From assembly GCA_043819795.1 (NCBI GenBank), contig JBDREN010000218.1, positions 36,857 to 100,856 of the forward strand: DNA of 64,000 nucleotides, written 5' to 3'. This document shows positions 47,930-56,944 of this stretch, one piece after another. A program made the position numbers and the translations under genes. How positions within the stretch are numbered: the stretch's first letter is position 1; the number at the start of each line of letters is the position of its first letter. The notes beneath the pieces are model-generated. The model made no database searches. It was not told the DNA's origin and worked only from the letters and a program-made list of their open reading frames with translations. This stretch comes from Elusimicrobiota bacterium (GTDB taxonomy: Bacteria > Elusimicrobiota > Elusimicrobia > UBA1565).

Positions 47930-48472
47930 ATGAGACCGCCCCGAGCCTTGACGGCGTCGTTCGACAGCGACAGCGAACGGGAGACGATGCGGCTGGCCGC
48001 GAGGCTCGCCAAGCGCGCGAGGCCGGGGAGCGTCCTCTGCCTGGCCGGACCGCTCGGCAGCGGCAAGACGACCTTCGCGCGGGGATTTTTGCGCGGTCTC
48101 GGCTTCAAGGGCGCGGTCCGGAGCCCCACGTTCGTGCTCATCAACGAGTACCGGAAGGTCCGCCCCCCCGTCTACCATGTCGACCTCTTCCGGGCCGGGG
48201 CGGGCGACCTCGAGAACACGGGGCTGGAGGAATGCCTCTGCGATCCCGGCGCCGTGTGCCTGATCGAATGGCCGGAAGCGGCGCTTGGGCTCCTGCCGCG
48301 CGACCGTCTCGAGATCGTGTTCCGGCACGCGCGGGGCGGGGGGCGGGGCCTCCGCTTGCGCGCCGCCGGGCCGGCCTCCCGCGCCTTCCTGAAAGTCCAC
48401 GGCTCGGGCGCGGGGCGGAAGCCTTCCACGCCCGGGTCCCGCGTCCAAGGGGACGCGGGGGGCGTCCCATGA
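47930..48472 (+). CDS. tsaE: tRNA threonylcarbamoyladenosine biosynthesis protein TsaE
   Basis: P-loop LAGPLGSGKTTFARG. Carries element copy 3 at the extreme C-terminus. Confidence 0.8.
   Translation: MRPPRALTASFDSDSERETMRLAARLAKRARPGSVLCLAGPLGSGKTTFARGFLRGLGFKGAVRSPTFVLINEYRKVRPPVYHVDLFRAGAGDLENTGLEECLCDPGAVCLIEWPEAALGLLPRDRLEIVFRHARGGGRGLRLRAAGPASRAFLKVHGSGAGRKPSTPGSRVQGDAGGVP
48422..48458 (+). mobile_element. 37-nt intragenic element, copy 3 (in tsaE C-terminus, read as PSTPGSRVQGDA)
   Basis: CCTTCCACGCCCGGGTCCCGCGTCCAAGGGGACGCGG. Confidence 0.7.
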
Positions 48473-49125
48473 GGATACTCGCGGTCGACACGACCGGCGA
48501 GGGGCTCACGTTGGCCCTCGCCGACGGGAAGTCTCTCTGGCGGACGCGCCGGGCGGGAACGAAAGCGCAGGACGAGGAGCTGTTCCCGGCCCTGGAGAGG
48601 CTCCTCGGCCGGGCGGGATGCGGGATCAAGGACCTCGAAGCCGTCGCGGCCGCGAACGGCCCCGGCCGCTTCACCGCGATCAGGATCGGCCTGACCTTCG
48701 CGACCATGCTGGCGCGCTCGATCGGGATCCCCGTCGCCGCGGTGAGCCGCTTCGAGGCGTTCGCGGACCGGCTTCGCTCCCGGCGCTTCCAAGAGGGCCT
48801 TTACGGGGTCGTTTTCCACGCGCCGCGGGAGGAGCTTTACCTGCAGTGCTTCCGGAAGCGGGCGGGGTCGGTGAGGCCGGCGGACGCCGCGAGGTGGCTG
48901 CGGACGGAGGATTTGCGGGCCGCCTTCCCGGCCCCCCCGATCTTCTGCGGGCCGGCCGCTTTCGAGGCCGCGGCGCGAGCCGGGGGGGCGGGAGTCCTGG
49001 AGGGGCAGCCTCCGCCCACGGCGGCGGACCTTCTCGGACCCGCGCGTGAGAGGCTCGCTTCCGGGTCGCCAGGCTCGTGCCGGCCGCTGTACCTTAAGCC
49101 GGCCAACTTCCAGAAGGCCAGATAG
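48469..49125 (+). CDS. tsaB: tRNA threonylcarbamoyladenosine biosynthesis protein TsaB
   Basis: MRILAVDTTGEGLTLALADG ... GPGRFTAIRIGL. ATGA overlap with tsaE. Confidence 0.8.
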   Translation: MRILAVDTTGEGLTLALADGKSLWRTRRAGTKAQDEELFPALERLLGRAGCGIKDLEAVAAANGPGRFTAIRIGLTFATMLARSIGIPVAAVSRFEAFADRLRSRRFQEGLYGVVFHAPREELYLQCFRKRAGSVRPADAARWLRTEDLRAAFPAPPIFCGPAAFEAAARAGGAGVLEGQPPPTAADLLGPARERLASGSPGSCRPLYLKPANFQKAR

Positions 49126-49388
49126 GGCTTTCCCCAATTCCTCCAGTAGGCGTTTAAAGAGGGCGCCCCATCCCGGGGAGCGGACTGAGCCGTTTTGGAG
49201 CACCGCGGGGATGGGAGGGACCCGGGCGGCAGGACCCGTCCCGCCTGCGAAAGGGACCCCGTACTGGAGGGCCTGGGGAATCCGTATCGCGTTGTGGGTC
49301 CGGCGGCGAATTATTATAATGTCGTCGCGGAAGCCCTCCTCATGGACGCAGGCCGTTCACCGCGGACCATGGTGACGGCCTGCCACGA

Positions 49389-51518
49389 ATGAAGAAGTCT
49401 CTTTTCTCCCTTCTGATTCTCGCCTGCCTGCTGTCGCCGTCCGGGCTGTCCGCGGCGACGAAGGCGGCCTACATGCACTATCTGAAGGCCCTTCTCCTTT
49501 CGAACCAATCGCAGTATGCGGAGGCATTGAGGGAGTACGAGGCCGCGCTCGAGCTCGATGCGCAATCGGCTTTCATGTGCCAACAGGCCGCCGAGCTCGC
49601 GCTCGGCATGGGGCGGACGGAACGCGCGCTGGAGTTCGCGGGGCGCTTCGTCGAGCTCTCTCCCGAGGATCCGGAGGCCCATCATCTCCTCGGGAGCGTG
49701 CACTGGGCTCGCGGCGACGTCGACCGGGCGAAGGCGGCGTTCGAGAAGACCCTCGAACTCAACCCCGGCCATCAGGACGCCCTGCTCGCCCTCGGGAACC
49801 TCCTGAGCGCCCAGTCTCCCGACACGGCCAAGAAGTATCTGCGGGACTACATCGCCGAGAATCCGGAGGACGCCTCCGAGGCCGAGTATCATATCGCCCT
49901 CATGGAGCAGAAGGCCGGGCGCGTCGGCGAGGCCATCGTCGGCTTCCGACGTTCGATCGAAGCCGACCCCGGCAACATGCACGCGCGCTACGCCCTAGCC
50001 CAGCTTTTCGAGATGCGGCGCGATACCGAGGCGGCTCTGGCGGAGTACGTCGGGATCCTCGAGCGGGACTCCCAGAACGTCATCCTTCTCAACCATGTCG
50101 GCGAGATCCACTACATCATGGAGGATCTCGATTCCGCGCGCGACATGTTCCTGAGGGCGAAGTCGATCAGCCCGGCCGACCCGGCAGCCTGCCTTTGGTT
50201 GGCGATCCTGGCCGAGAAGGCGGAGGACTTCACGACCGCGGCCGCCTACGTGAAAGACAGCGCGGCTCTCGGCGAGGATTCGTCGCTGAACCTGCGCCTG
50301 AGCTATTACCTCACACAGGCCGATCTGCTGAAAGATGCCGTCAGGGTCCTCGAGGTCGCGAACGGGAAATGGCCGGAGAACGAGGACATCGCCTATTTCC
50401 TCGCGCTGGGCTACGATGACTTAAAGCGCCGCGTGAAGGCCATCGCTCTCATGAAGGACATCATCGAGCGCCGGCCCGAGCACCGGGACGCGCGTTTCCA
50501 GCTCGGGGCGATGTACGAGAAGGGGGGCGACATCGCGAACGCCGAGCTCCATTTCCGCGAGCTTCTGCGCAGGCATCCCAACGACGCCTCGGCTTTGAAC
50601 TACCTCGGCTACTCGCTCGCCGACCGGGGGCTGAAGCTCGACGAGGCGGAGGCCCTCATCCGCCGGGCGGTGGAGCTCGATCCGGACAGAGGCGCCTACG
50701 TGGATTCGCTGGGCTGGATCCACCACAAGCAGGGACGCCGGCAGGAGGCGCTTCGCGAGCTGAAGGCGGCGGCGCAGCTTCTGCCCGACGACGAGACCAT
50801 CTGGGACCATCTGGGAGACGCCTACCGCGTGAGCGAGGACACGGCGTCGGCCTGGGAATCCTGGAAGATGGCGCAGTCGTTGGCCCCGGGGAAGGTGAAG
50901 GTCGAGCGCAAGCTTGCGGAAGTCGAGGGGCTCTTCTCCCCCCGGGAGCTGGGCGCCCGGTACCTGGCGCTGCTGAGGCGTTCCCTCGGGAACCTCGCGA
51001 GCTACGGCGGCCCTTGCGTGATCGAGGGAAGCATCGGCGGGCGCGCCTTTCGTTTCCAGGGGATACTCCACTACAAGGCTCCTTGGGACCTGAGCGTCGA
51101 CGTATTCGGGCCCATGTTCGTCCCGGTCTTCCGCGTCGCGCTTTCGGGCCGGGAGGGTTTCGAGATGGATCCCCTCCAACTAGACGGTGTCGCGCCCGAC
51201 GCCCTGCACGAGAGCCTGTACGGCGCCCTAGGCTTCCTCAGGGAGTACTTGGAGGGCGGCCTCTTCAAGGACCGGCCAGCCGAGTACCGGAAGGGATGGC
51301 GACGCTCCCGGATCGACACGGAGGGCGCAAGCCTCGTCCTCGACAAGGCGCGCATTCGCCTGAGCTCCGTCAAGGGCGCGGAAGGGAAGGACCTCCGGCT
51401 GGAGCTTTCCGACTACCGCTCGGTCGCGGGCCGGTGGGTCCCGGCGACGCTCAAGCTCGATGGCGGCGGCTTCTCGTTCGTCTTCCGGCTCCACCGGCCC
51501 AGCATCCGGTTCGACTAG
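49389..51518 (+). CDS. secreted multi-TPR protein with C-terminal non-TPR domain
   Basis: Signal peptide MKKSLFSLLILACLLSPSGLSAAT. At least 10 TPR-like units. A perfect TATAAT lies at 49313-49318 upstream. Confidence 0.7.
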   Translation: MKKSLFSLLILACLLSPSGLSAATKAAYMHYLKALLLSNQSQYAEALREYEAALELDAQSAFMCQQAAELALGMGRTERALEFAGRFVELSPEDPEAHHLLGSVHWARGDVDRAKAAFEKTLELNPGHQDALLALGNLLSAQSPDTAKKYLRDYIAENPEDASEAEYHIALMEQKAGRVGEAIVGFRRSIEADPGNMHARYALAQLFEMRRDTEAALAEYVGILERDSQNVILLNHVGEIHYIMEDLDSARDMFLRAKSISPADPAACLWLAILAEKAEDFTTAAAYVKDSAALGEDSSLNLRLSYYLTQADLLKDAVRVLEVANGKWPENEDIAYFLALGYDDLKRRVKAIALMKDIIERRPEHRDARFQLGAMYEKGGDIANAELHFRELLRRHPNDASALNYLGYSLADRGLKLDEAEALIRRAVELDPDRGAYVDSLGWIHHKQGRRQEALRELKAAAQLLPDDETIWDHLGDAYRVSEDTASAWESWKMAQSLAPGKVKVERKLAEVEGLFSPRELGARYLALLRRSLGNLASYGGPCVIEGSIGGRAFRFQGILHYKAPWDLSVDVFGPMFVPVFRVALSGREGFEMDPLQLDGVAPDALHESLYGALGFLREYLEGGLFKDRPAEYRKGWRRSRIDTEGASLVLDKARIRLSSVKGAEGKDLRLELSDYRSVAGRWVPATLKLDGGGFSFVFRLHRPSIRFD

Positions 51519-51524
51519 AACCAT

Positions 51525-52421
51525 ATGCCGCTCTCGGTCCAAGTGCAATGTCCGGCGAAGGTGAACCTCTTCCTGGAGGTGACGGGGCGGCGCCGGGACG
51601 GCTACCATAACCTGGCGACTCTGTTCGCGAAGATCAACCTTTTCGACGTGCTGGACGTCGAGGCCGCTCCTTCGGGCTTCGAGCTGGAGATCGCCGACGA
51701 GACCGGCCAGCGGCTCGCGGCCGGGCCCGACAATCTGGTGCTCGTGGCCGCCCGGGCCTTCCGTAAGGCCTTCCGCCTCGGAATGGGCGCCCGGTTCCTG
51801 CTCACGAAGCGGATCCCGGTCGGCGCGGGGCTCGGCGGCGGGTCGTCGGACGCCGCGGGGACGTTGATCGCCCTGGCGCGACTGTACCGGATGGAACTCG
51901 ACCGGAGCCGGACGGCCGTGGTCCGACGGATCGCCCGGGAGATCGGGGCCGACGTTCCCGTGTTCCTCCGCCGGGAGGCTGTCTGCGAGGGGCGCGGCAT
52001 CGGGGAGCGGCTGGCGCCCGTGACGCCCGCGAAGGCCCTGCCTTGGATGCTCCTGGTATTCCCGGGAGTCTCGGTATCCACGGGTGACGTCTACGGGCGC
52101 CTGAAGGGGCGAACGCGCAAATCCGTCTTGACGAGGCTCACCCATCTTGATACACTCAAAAAAAAGCTAGAAAAAGGAAGGCCTGTCCCGGAATGGGGCG
52201 GTCTCCTTTTCAACCGCCTGGAAGAGGCGGTCTTGGATTATCATCCGGAGGTCGAACAGGCCAAGACAATACTGAAGCGTTTGGGGCTCGCGGGCGTGCT
52301 CATGACGGGCTCCGGAGCCGCGGTATACGGGTTTGTCCGTTCCCGGACGGAGGGTGAACGGGTCCTCAAGCTGGTCCAAGGCTATCCGTGGAAGATCATC
52401 CTTACATGTTGCCTCGGTTGA
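51525..52421 (+). CDS. ispE: 4-diphosphocytidyl-2-C-methyl-D-erythritol kinase
   Basis: CPAKVNLFLEV ... GHM kinase motif PVGAGLGGGSSDAA. Confidence 0.9.
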   Translation: MPLSVQVQCPAKVNLFLEVTGRRRDGYHNLATLFAKINLFDVLDVEAAPSGFELEIADETGQRLAAGPDNLVLVAARAFRKAFRLGMGARFLLTKRIPVGAGLGGGSSDAAGTLIALARLYRMELDRSRTAVVRRIAREIGADVPVFLRREAVCEGRGIGERLAPVTPAKALPWMLLVFPGVSVSTGDVYGRLKGRTRKSVLTRLTHLDTLKKKLEKGRPVPEWGGLLFNRLEEAVLDYHPEVEQAKTILKRLGLAGVLMTGSGAAVYGFVRSRTEGERVLKLVQGYPWKIILTCCLG

Positions 52422-52451
52422 GCTGACAACTTTCGGGAGGCATAGGCATCA

Positions 52452-52766
52452 ATGGAAATCACCGAGATCAGGGTCCACCTGCGCGACGAGGAGAAGCTGA
52501 AGGCCTTCGTGACCGTCACGTTCGACTCGTGCTTCGTCGTGCGGAACATGAAGATCATCGAGGGAAACAAGGGCCTCATCCTCTGCATGCCTTCCCGGAA
52601 GCTTCCGAACGGCAACTATAAGGATGTCGCCCATCCGATCACGATGGAGTTCCGCAAGTTTCTGGAGGAGAAGATCATGGCGGCGTACGAAGAGGAGATC
52701 AAGAAGGCGGGCGCGGGCGGTACCCGCCCGGCCGGGCGGACGGACCCGGCGGGGCCCTCAAACTGA
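52452..52766 (+). CDS. spoVG: septation protein SpoVG
   Basis: MEITEIRVHLRDEEKLKAFVTVTFDSCFVVRNMKIIEGNKGLILCMPSRK. Confidence 0.9.
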   Translation: MEITEIRVHLRDEEKLKAFVTVTFDSCFVVRNMKIIEGNKGLILCMPSRKLPNGNYKDVAHPITMEFRKFLEEKIMAAYEEEIKKAGAGGTRPAGRTDPAGPSN

Positions 52767-52777
52767 TTTGCGCCCAC

Positions 52778-52848
52778 TCCCGGGTGGTGTAACGGTAACA
52801 CACCAGCCTTTGGAGCTGGGTTTCTAGGTTCGAGTCCTAGCCCGGGAA
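52778..52848 (+). tRNA. tRNA-Gln (anticodon TTG)
   Basis: Manual fold. Acceptor UCCCGGG/CCCGGGA (U1-A72). D-stem GUGU/ACAC. Anticodon stem CCAGC/GCUGG with loop CUUUGGA (U33, anticodon UUG). T-arm CUAGG-UUCGAGU-CCUAG. CCA not encoded. Confidence 0.8.
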
Positions 52849-52884
52849 TTCTTCTTCCAGCGCGATGATGAATACCAAGGAGTC

Positions 52885-54333
52885 ATGAAAGGAGCGAAAA
52901 AGAAGGGGACGCGGGCAGGCGCGCTCGGCATCCTGATCCTGGCGGCCGGCAAGGGAACGCGGATGCAGTCCGCACTGCCCAAGGTCCTGCATCCCCTCGG
53001 CGGGCGTCCGATGATCTACTATCTGCTGCGCATCGCCAACGCGCTGAAGCCGGACGGCATCGGCGTGGTGGTGGGGCATCAGGAGGAGATCGTCCGCACG
53101 CGGATCCAGGAGGCCGTCAAGAGCTGGGGGATCTCGCGGCCGCTGACCTTCATCCGCCAGTCGCTCCCCACGGGCTCGGGCCCGGCCGTTCTGGAGTCCC
53201 TGCCGTTTTTGAGGAGGTTCCAGAGGGCGCTGGTGATGTGCGGCGACTCGCCGCTGTTGACCTTCGACACGGTCTTCGCGCTCCTCAACCGCAGCCGGTC
53301 CGAGAAAGGGCAGGTGACGATGCTCACGGCCCGGTTCCGGGACCCGCAAGGTTACGGGCGCGTCGTCCGTTCCCCGGTCGGCGACGTGCTCCGCATCGTG
53401 GAGAGCTCGGAGGCGAACGCGAAGGAGTCGGCCATCAACGAGGTCAACTCGGGGACGTACTGTTTCGAGGTGCCGCTGCTCGTGAACGCCGTCAAGCGGC
53501 TCGCGCCGAAGATCGCGGGGCGGAATCCTTCCACGCCTGGGTCCCGCGGCCAAGGGGACGCGGGACGCGAGGTATTTCTGGGGGATTGCTTGGAGCACAT
53601 CCGTTCGCAGGGGGGGCGGGTGACGGCTTTCATGAGCTCGACGCCTGAGGAGGTGGTCGGGATCAACACGCGGGTCCAGCTGGCTCAGGCCGAGCGGATC
53701 CTGAACCGGCGCATGCTCGAGCGTCTCATGATGGCCGGGGCCACGGTCGTCGATCCCAATCATACCTACGTGGACGCCGACGTCGAGATCGGCCAGGACA
53801 CGGTGATCCTGCCTGGCACGATCCTGCGGGGGAAGACGAAGATCGGCAGGCAGTGCCGCATCGGGCCCTACGCGACGATCGAGGACTGCTCGGTGGGCAA
53901 CGAGTGCGAGGTCGTCTACTCCTACCTCCGGGATGCCCGCATCCTCGAGAAGTCCTGCGTCGGGCCGTTCTCCCATGTCCGGCACGGCACCGTGGCGGGG
54001 CCGCGGGCCAAGATCGGCAGCTTCTCCGAGGTAAAGTCCTCGAGGATCGGATACGGCTCCAAGGTCCCTCACCTCAGCTACGTCGGCGACGCGGAGATCG
54101 CCGAGGACGTCAACATCGGGGCCGGGACGATCACCTGCAACTACGACGGGAAGGGCAAGCACAAGACGACGATCGCCGCCAAGGCCTTCGTCGGCTCGAA
54201 CGTGAACTTCGTGGCGCCCGTTAAGATCGGCCGGGGCGCGAGGATCGGGGCCGGCTCGACGATCACCGAGGACGTCCCCGCGGGGAGCTTGGCGATCGCG
54301 CGCAGCCGCCAGGTCAACAAAGGAGAGCGATGA
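52885..54333 (+). CDS. glmU: bifunctional UDP-N-acetylglucosamine pyrophosphorylase / glucosamine-1-phosphate acetyltransferase
   Basis: LAAGKGTRM. Left-handed beta-helix hexapeptide repeats in the C-terminal half. Carries element copy 4. Confidence 0.9.
   Translation: MKGAKKKGTRAGALGILILAAGKGTRMQSALPKVLHPLGGRPMIYYLLRIANALKPDGIGVVVGHQEEIVRTRIQEAVKSWGISRPLTFIRQSLPTGSGPAVLESLPFLRRFQRALVMCGDSPLLTFDTVFALLNRSRSEKGQVTMLTARFRDPQGYGRVVRSPVGDVLRIVESSEANAKESAINEVNSGTYCFEVPLLVNAVKRLAPKIAGRNPSTPGSRGQGDAGREVFLGDCLEHIRSQGGRVTAFMSSTPEEVVGINTRVQLAQAERILNRRMLERLMMAGATVVDPNHTYVDADVEIGQDTVILPGTILRGKTKIGRQCRIGPYATIEDCSVGNECEVVYSYLRDARILEKSCVGPFSHVRHGTVAGPRAKIGSFSEVKSSRIGYGSKVPHLSYVGDAEIAEDVNIGAGTITCNYDGKGKHKTTIAAKAFVGSNVNFVAPVKIGRGARIGAGSTITEDVPAGSLAIARSRQVNKGER
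53527..53563 (+). mobile_element. 37-nt intragenic element, copy 4 (in glmU linker, read as PSTPGSRGQGDA)
   Basis: CCTTCCACGCCTGGGTCCCGCGGCCAAGGGGACGCGG. Confidence 0.7.
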
Positions 54334-55352
54334 AAGCGGAGAGTCTGACTCTGGCGGGGGGGAAGGAGGCGACGATGAAGAAATCGCCCGAGCCGCGGCC
54401 GTTCGAGCCGGCCTCTGGGACGAGGCAGATGCTGCTGTTTTCGGGCAACGCGCACCGTCCGCTGTCCGAGCAGATCGCCGAGTACCTCGGCATTCAGGTC
54501 GGAGCGGCCGTTGTGGGGCGCTTCGCCGACGGCGAGATCAGCGTCCATGTCGAGGAGAACGTCCGCGGCAAGGACTGCTATGTGGTCCAGCCGACCTGCC
54601 GTCCGGTCAACGAGAACCTCATGGAGCTCTTGATCATGATCGACGCCCTGAGGCGGGCGAGCGCGGGCCGCATCACGGCCGTGATCCCGTATTTCGGGTA
54701 CGCCCGCGCCGATCGCAAGTCGGAGCCGCGGGTGGCGCTGTCGGCGAAGCTGGTCGCCAACCTCATCACCGGTGCGGGGGCCGACCGGGTGATCACCGTC
54801 GATCTCCATGCGGGGCAGATCCAGGGCTTTTTCGACATCCCTCTCGACAACATCTACGCGATGCCCGTCTTTCTGAAGTACCTGAAATCGAAGAAGATCA
54901 GGGACGTCGTGGTCGTCTCTCCGGACGTCGGGGGCGTCGAGCGGGCGCGAGGATTCGCGAAGCGCCTCCGGGCCGGCCTGGTGATCATCGACGAGCGCCG
55001 TCCGCGTCCCAACGAGGCCTCGGTCTACAACGTCATCGGCGAGGTGGCGGGCAAGAACGCCGTGATCGTCGACGACATGGTGGATACCTCCGGGACGCTC
55101 GTGGCCGTCGCAAAGCGGCTCAAGGAGGAGGGCGCCCTCAGCGTGTGCGGGGCCTGCTCTCACGGGGTGCTCTCCGGCGACGGGGTCGACCTCGTGGAGC
55201 GCTCCGATCTGGAGGAGCTGATCGTTACCGACTCGATCCCGCTGCAGCGTCCACCAGAGAGTAAGATCACCGTGCTGTCGGTCGCGCCGCTGCTGGGCGA
55301 GGCGATCCGCCGCAATCATCGCGGGGAGTCGATCAGCGAACTTTTTGTGTGA
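54330..55352 (+). CDS. prs: ribose-phosphate pyrophosphokinase
   Basis: LFSGNAHRPLSEQIAEYLG ... GRFADGEISV. PRPP-binding VVDDMVDTSGTL. Exact start uncertain (54330 or ~54375). Confidence 0.85.
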   Translation: MKAESLTLAGGKEATMKKSPEPRPFEPASGTRQMLLFSGNAHRPLSEQIAEYLGIQVGAAVVGRFADGEISVHVEENVRGKDCYVVQPTCRPVNENLMELLIMIDALRRASAGRITAVIPYFGYARADRKSEPRVALSAKLVANLITGAGADRVITVDLHAGQIQGFFDIPLDNIYAMPVFLKYLKSKKIRDVVVVSPDVGGVERARGFAKRLRAGLVIIDERRPRPNEASVYNVIGEVAGKNAVIVDDMVDTSGTLVAVAKRLKEEGALSVCGACSHGVLSGDGVDLVERSDLEELIVTDSIPLQRPPESKITVLSVAPLLGEAIRRNHRGESISELFV

Positions 55353-55388
55353 GGGGCGGGGGATCCCGATCCCTAAGGGAGAATCGTC

Positions 55389-56114
55389 ATGGAAGAGATC
55401 AGACTGGAGATCGAGCTCAGGGCTGAGAAGAGCACGAAGGGTTCGCTTTCGGAGATGCGCAGGAACCGGAAGCTTCCTGCGGTGGTCTACGGCGGGCAGG
55501 ACGGCAGCCTCCCGATCACGATCGGGGAGAAAGCGCTGATGGGCGCCCTCAAGGCCGCCGGCGCGAACGCGATCCTCCGCCTGAAGCACGGCAAGGGCGA
55601 GGAGACGGTGATCTTGAAGGAGCTGCAGAGGCACGTGGTCAGCGGAGCGCCGATCCACGCGGACTTCCAGCGCATCGACATGAGCCAGAAGGTCGAGGTG
55701 GACGTGCCGTTGCACACGTTCGGCGAGGCTCCGGGCGTGAAGCTCCAGGGCGGCGTGCTCGAGCATACGGTCCGGGAGCTGCACATCAGGTGCCTGCCGA
55801 ACGCGATCCCGCAACAGATCGAGATCGACGTCAGCGCGCTCGAGATGGGCAGCAGCGTCCTCGTGCGGGACCTGAATATCCCGGAGGGGATCGAGGTCCT
55901 CGACGACGCCGAGCAGGTCGTCGTGAACATCGTCCACGTGCGGGAGGAGGAGCCCGAGCCGACGGAGGAGGCGGTAGCCGTCGAGGGCGAGGCCGAGCCC
56001 GAAGTCATCGCCAAGGGCAAGAAGGAAGAGGAGCCGGCCGAGGGCGGCGAGGCCGAGGCGCCCGGGGCCAAGAAAGACGTCAAGAAAGACGCCAAGAAGG
56101 AAGGCGGAAAGTAG
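55389..56114 (+). CDS. rplY: 50S ribosomal protein L25 / general stress protein Ctc, with K/E-rich C-terminal tail
   Basis: LPAVVYGG ... conserved L25 beta-barrel. Long acidic/lysine tail. Confidence 0.85.
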   Translation: MEEIRLEIELRAEKSTKGSLSEMRRNRKLPAVVYGGQDGSLPITIGEKALMGALKAAGANAILRLKHGKGEETVILKELQRHVVSGAPIHADFQRIDMSQKVEVDVPLHTFGEAPGVKLQGGVLEHTVRELHIRCLPNAIPQQIEIDVSALEMGSSVLVRDLNIPEGIEVLDDAEQVVVNIVHVREEEPEPTEEAVAVEGEAEPEVIAKGKKEEEPAEGGEAEAPGAKKDVKKDAKKEGGK

Positions 56115-56132
56115 GGGGGTCTCGCTTCGCGC

Positions 56133-56723
56133 GTGCAGGCTGGCGGCGTCCGACTCGTTGTGGGGCTGGGCAATCCCGGCAGTCGCTACGCCGGGACGCG
56201 GCACAACGTCGGGTTTCGGGCCGTGGACCGCTTCGTGGAGGAGGCCGAGGGCGGCTGGAGCGCGGCTCCCCTGGGCAAGGGATTGGCGGCCAAGGTGCGC
56301 CTCGCGGCCGGGCGCTCCCTCTGGGCCGCCAAGCCTCACACCTTCATGAACGTCTCGGGCTCGATGGTCGCTCCCCTGGCCCGCTACTTCAAGATCGAGG
56401 GCGGCGAGGTCCTCGTCGTCTCCGATGATTTCGAGCTGCCGCTCGGGCGCATCCGCATCCGCGTCCGGGGGTCCTGCGGGGGGCAGAAGGGGCTCGAGTC
56501 GATCCTGAGCTGCTTCGGGACGCTTGAGGTGCCCCGTTTGCGGCTGGGGGTCGGCCCGCGCCCGCCGCAGGTCCCGGGAGCGGACTTCGTGCTGGGTCGC
56601 TTTCGCGCCGAGGAGGCGGAGCCGCTTGATGAGATGCTCAAACGGGCGTCCGCCGCGATCCGCGTCGTCTGCGAGGAGGGCCTGGAAGCCGCGATGAACG
56701 CCTACAACCATAGGATCGAATGA
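56133..56723 (+). CDS. pth: peptidyl-tRNA hydrolase
   Basis: LVVGLGNPGSRYAGTRHNVGF. Confidence 0.9.
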   Translation: MQAGGVRLVVGLGNPGSRYAGTRHNVGFRAVDRFVEEAEGGWSAAPLGKGLAAKVRLAAGRSLWAAKPHTFMNVSGSMVAPLARYFKIEGGEVLVVSDDFELPLGRIRIRVRGSCGGQKGLESILSCFGTLEVPRLRLGVGPRPPQVPGADFVLGRFRAEEAEPLDEMLKRASAAIRVVCEEGLEAAMNAYNHRIE

Positions 56724-56944
56724 CTCCCTGGGTCAAGGTCGGGATCGGGATATTCTTCTTCCTGCTGGGGCTCGGCTACCTCTACAGGCCCGCGCTCATC
56801 GAGCGCATGAACGCCTTTCTGCGCGAATATCTTCTCAACGACGCCTATATCGCCCTCGAGAGGCGCAAGTGGGGCGTCTTCTTTCTTCTAGTCTCCTTCC
56901 TGTTCCTATACATGGGCTATACCGCGCTCTACGGTCCGCCCTGA
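56720..56944 (+). CDS. small membrane protein (2 TM), hypothetical
   Basis: 74 aa, hydrophobic. Overlaps neighbours by 4 nt on both sides. Confidence 0.4.
   Translation: MTPWVKVGIGIFFFLLGLGYLYRPALIERMNAFLREYLLNDAYIALERRKWGVFFLLVSFLFLYMGYTALYGPP

Noticed and set aside
52624-52848. Possibility of a second tRNA or tmRNA around the tRNA-Gln
   Set aside because: Only one cloverleaf (52778-52848) folds convincingly. Flanks are the SpoVG 3' end and an A/T-rich spacer.
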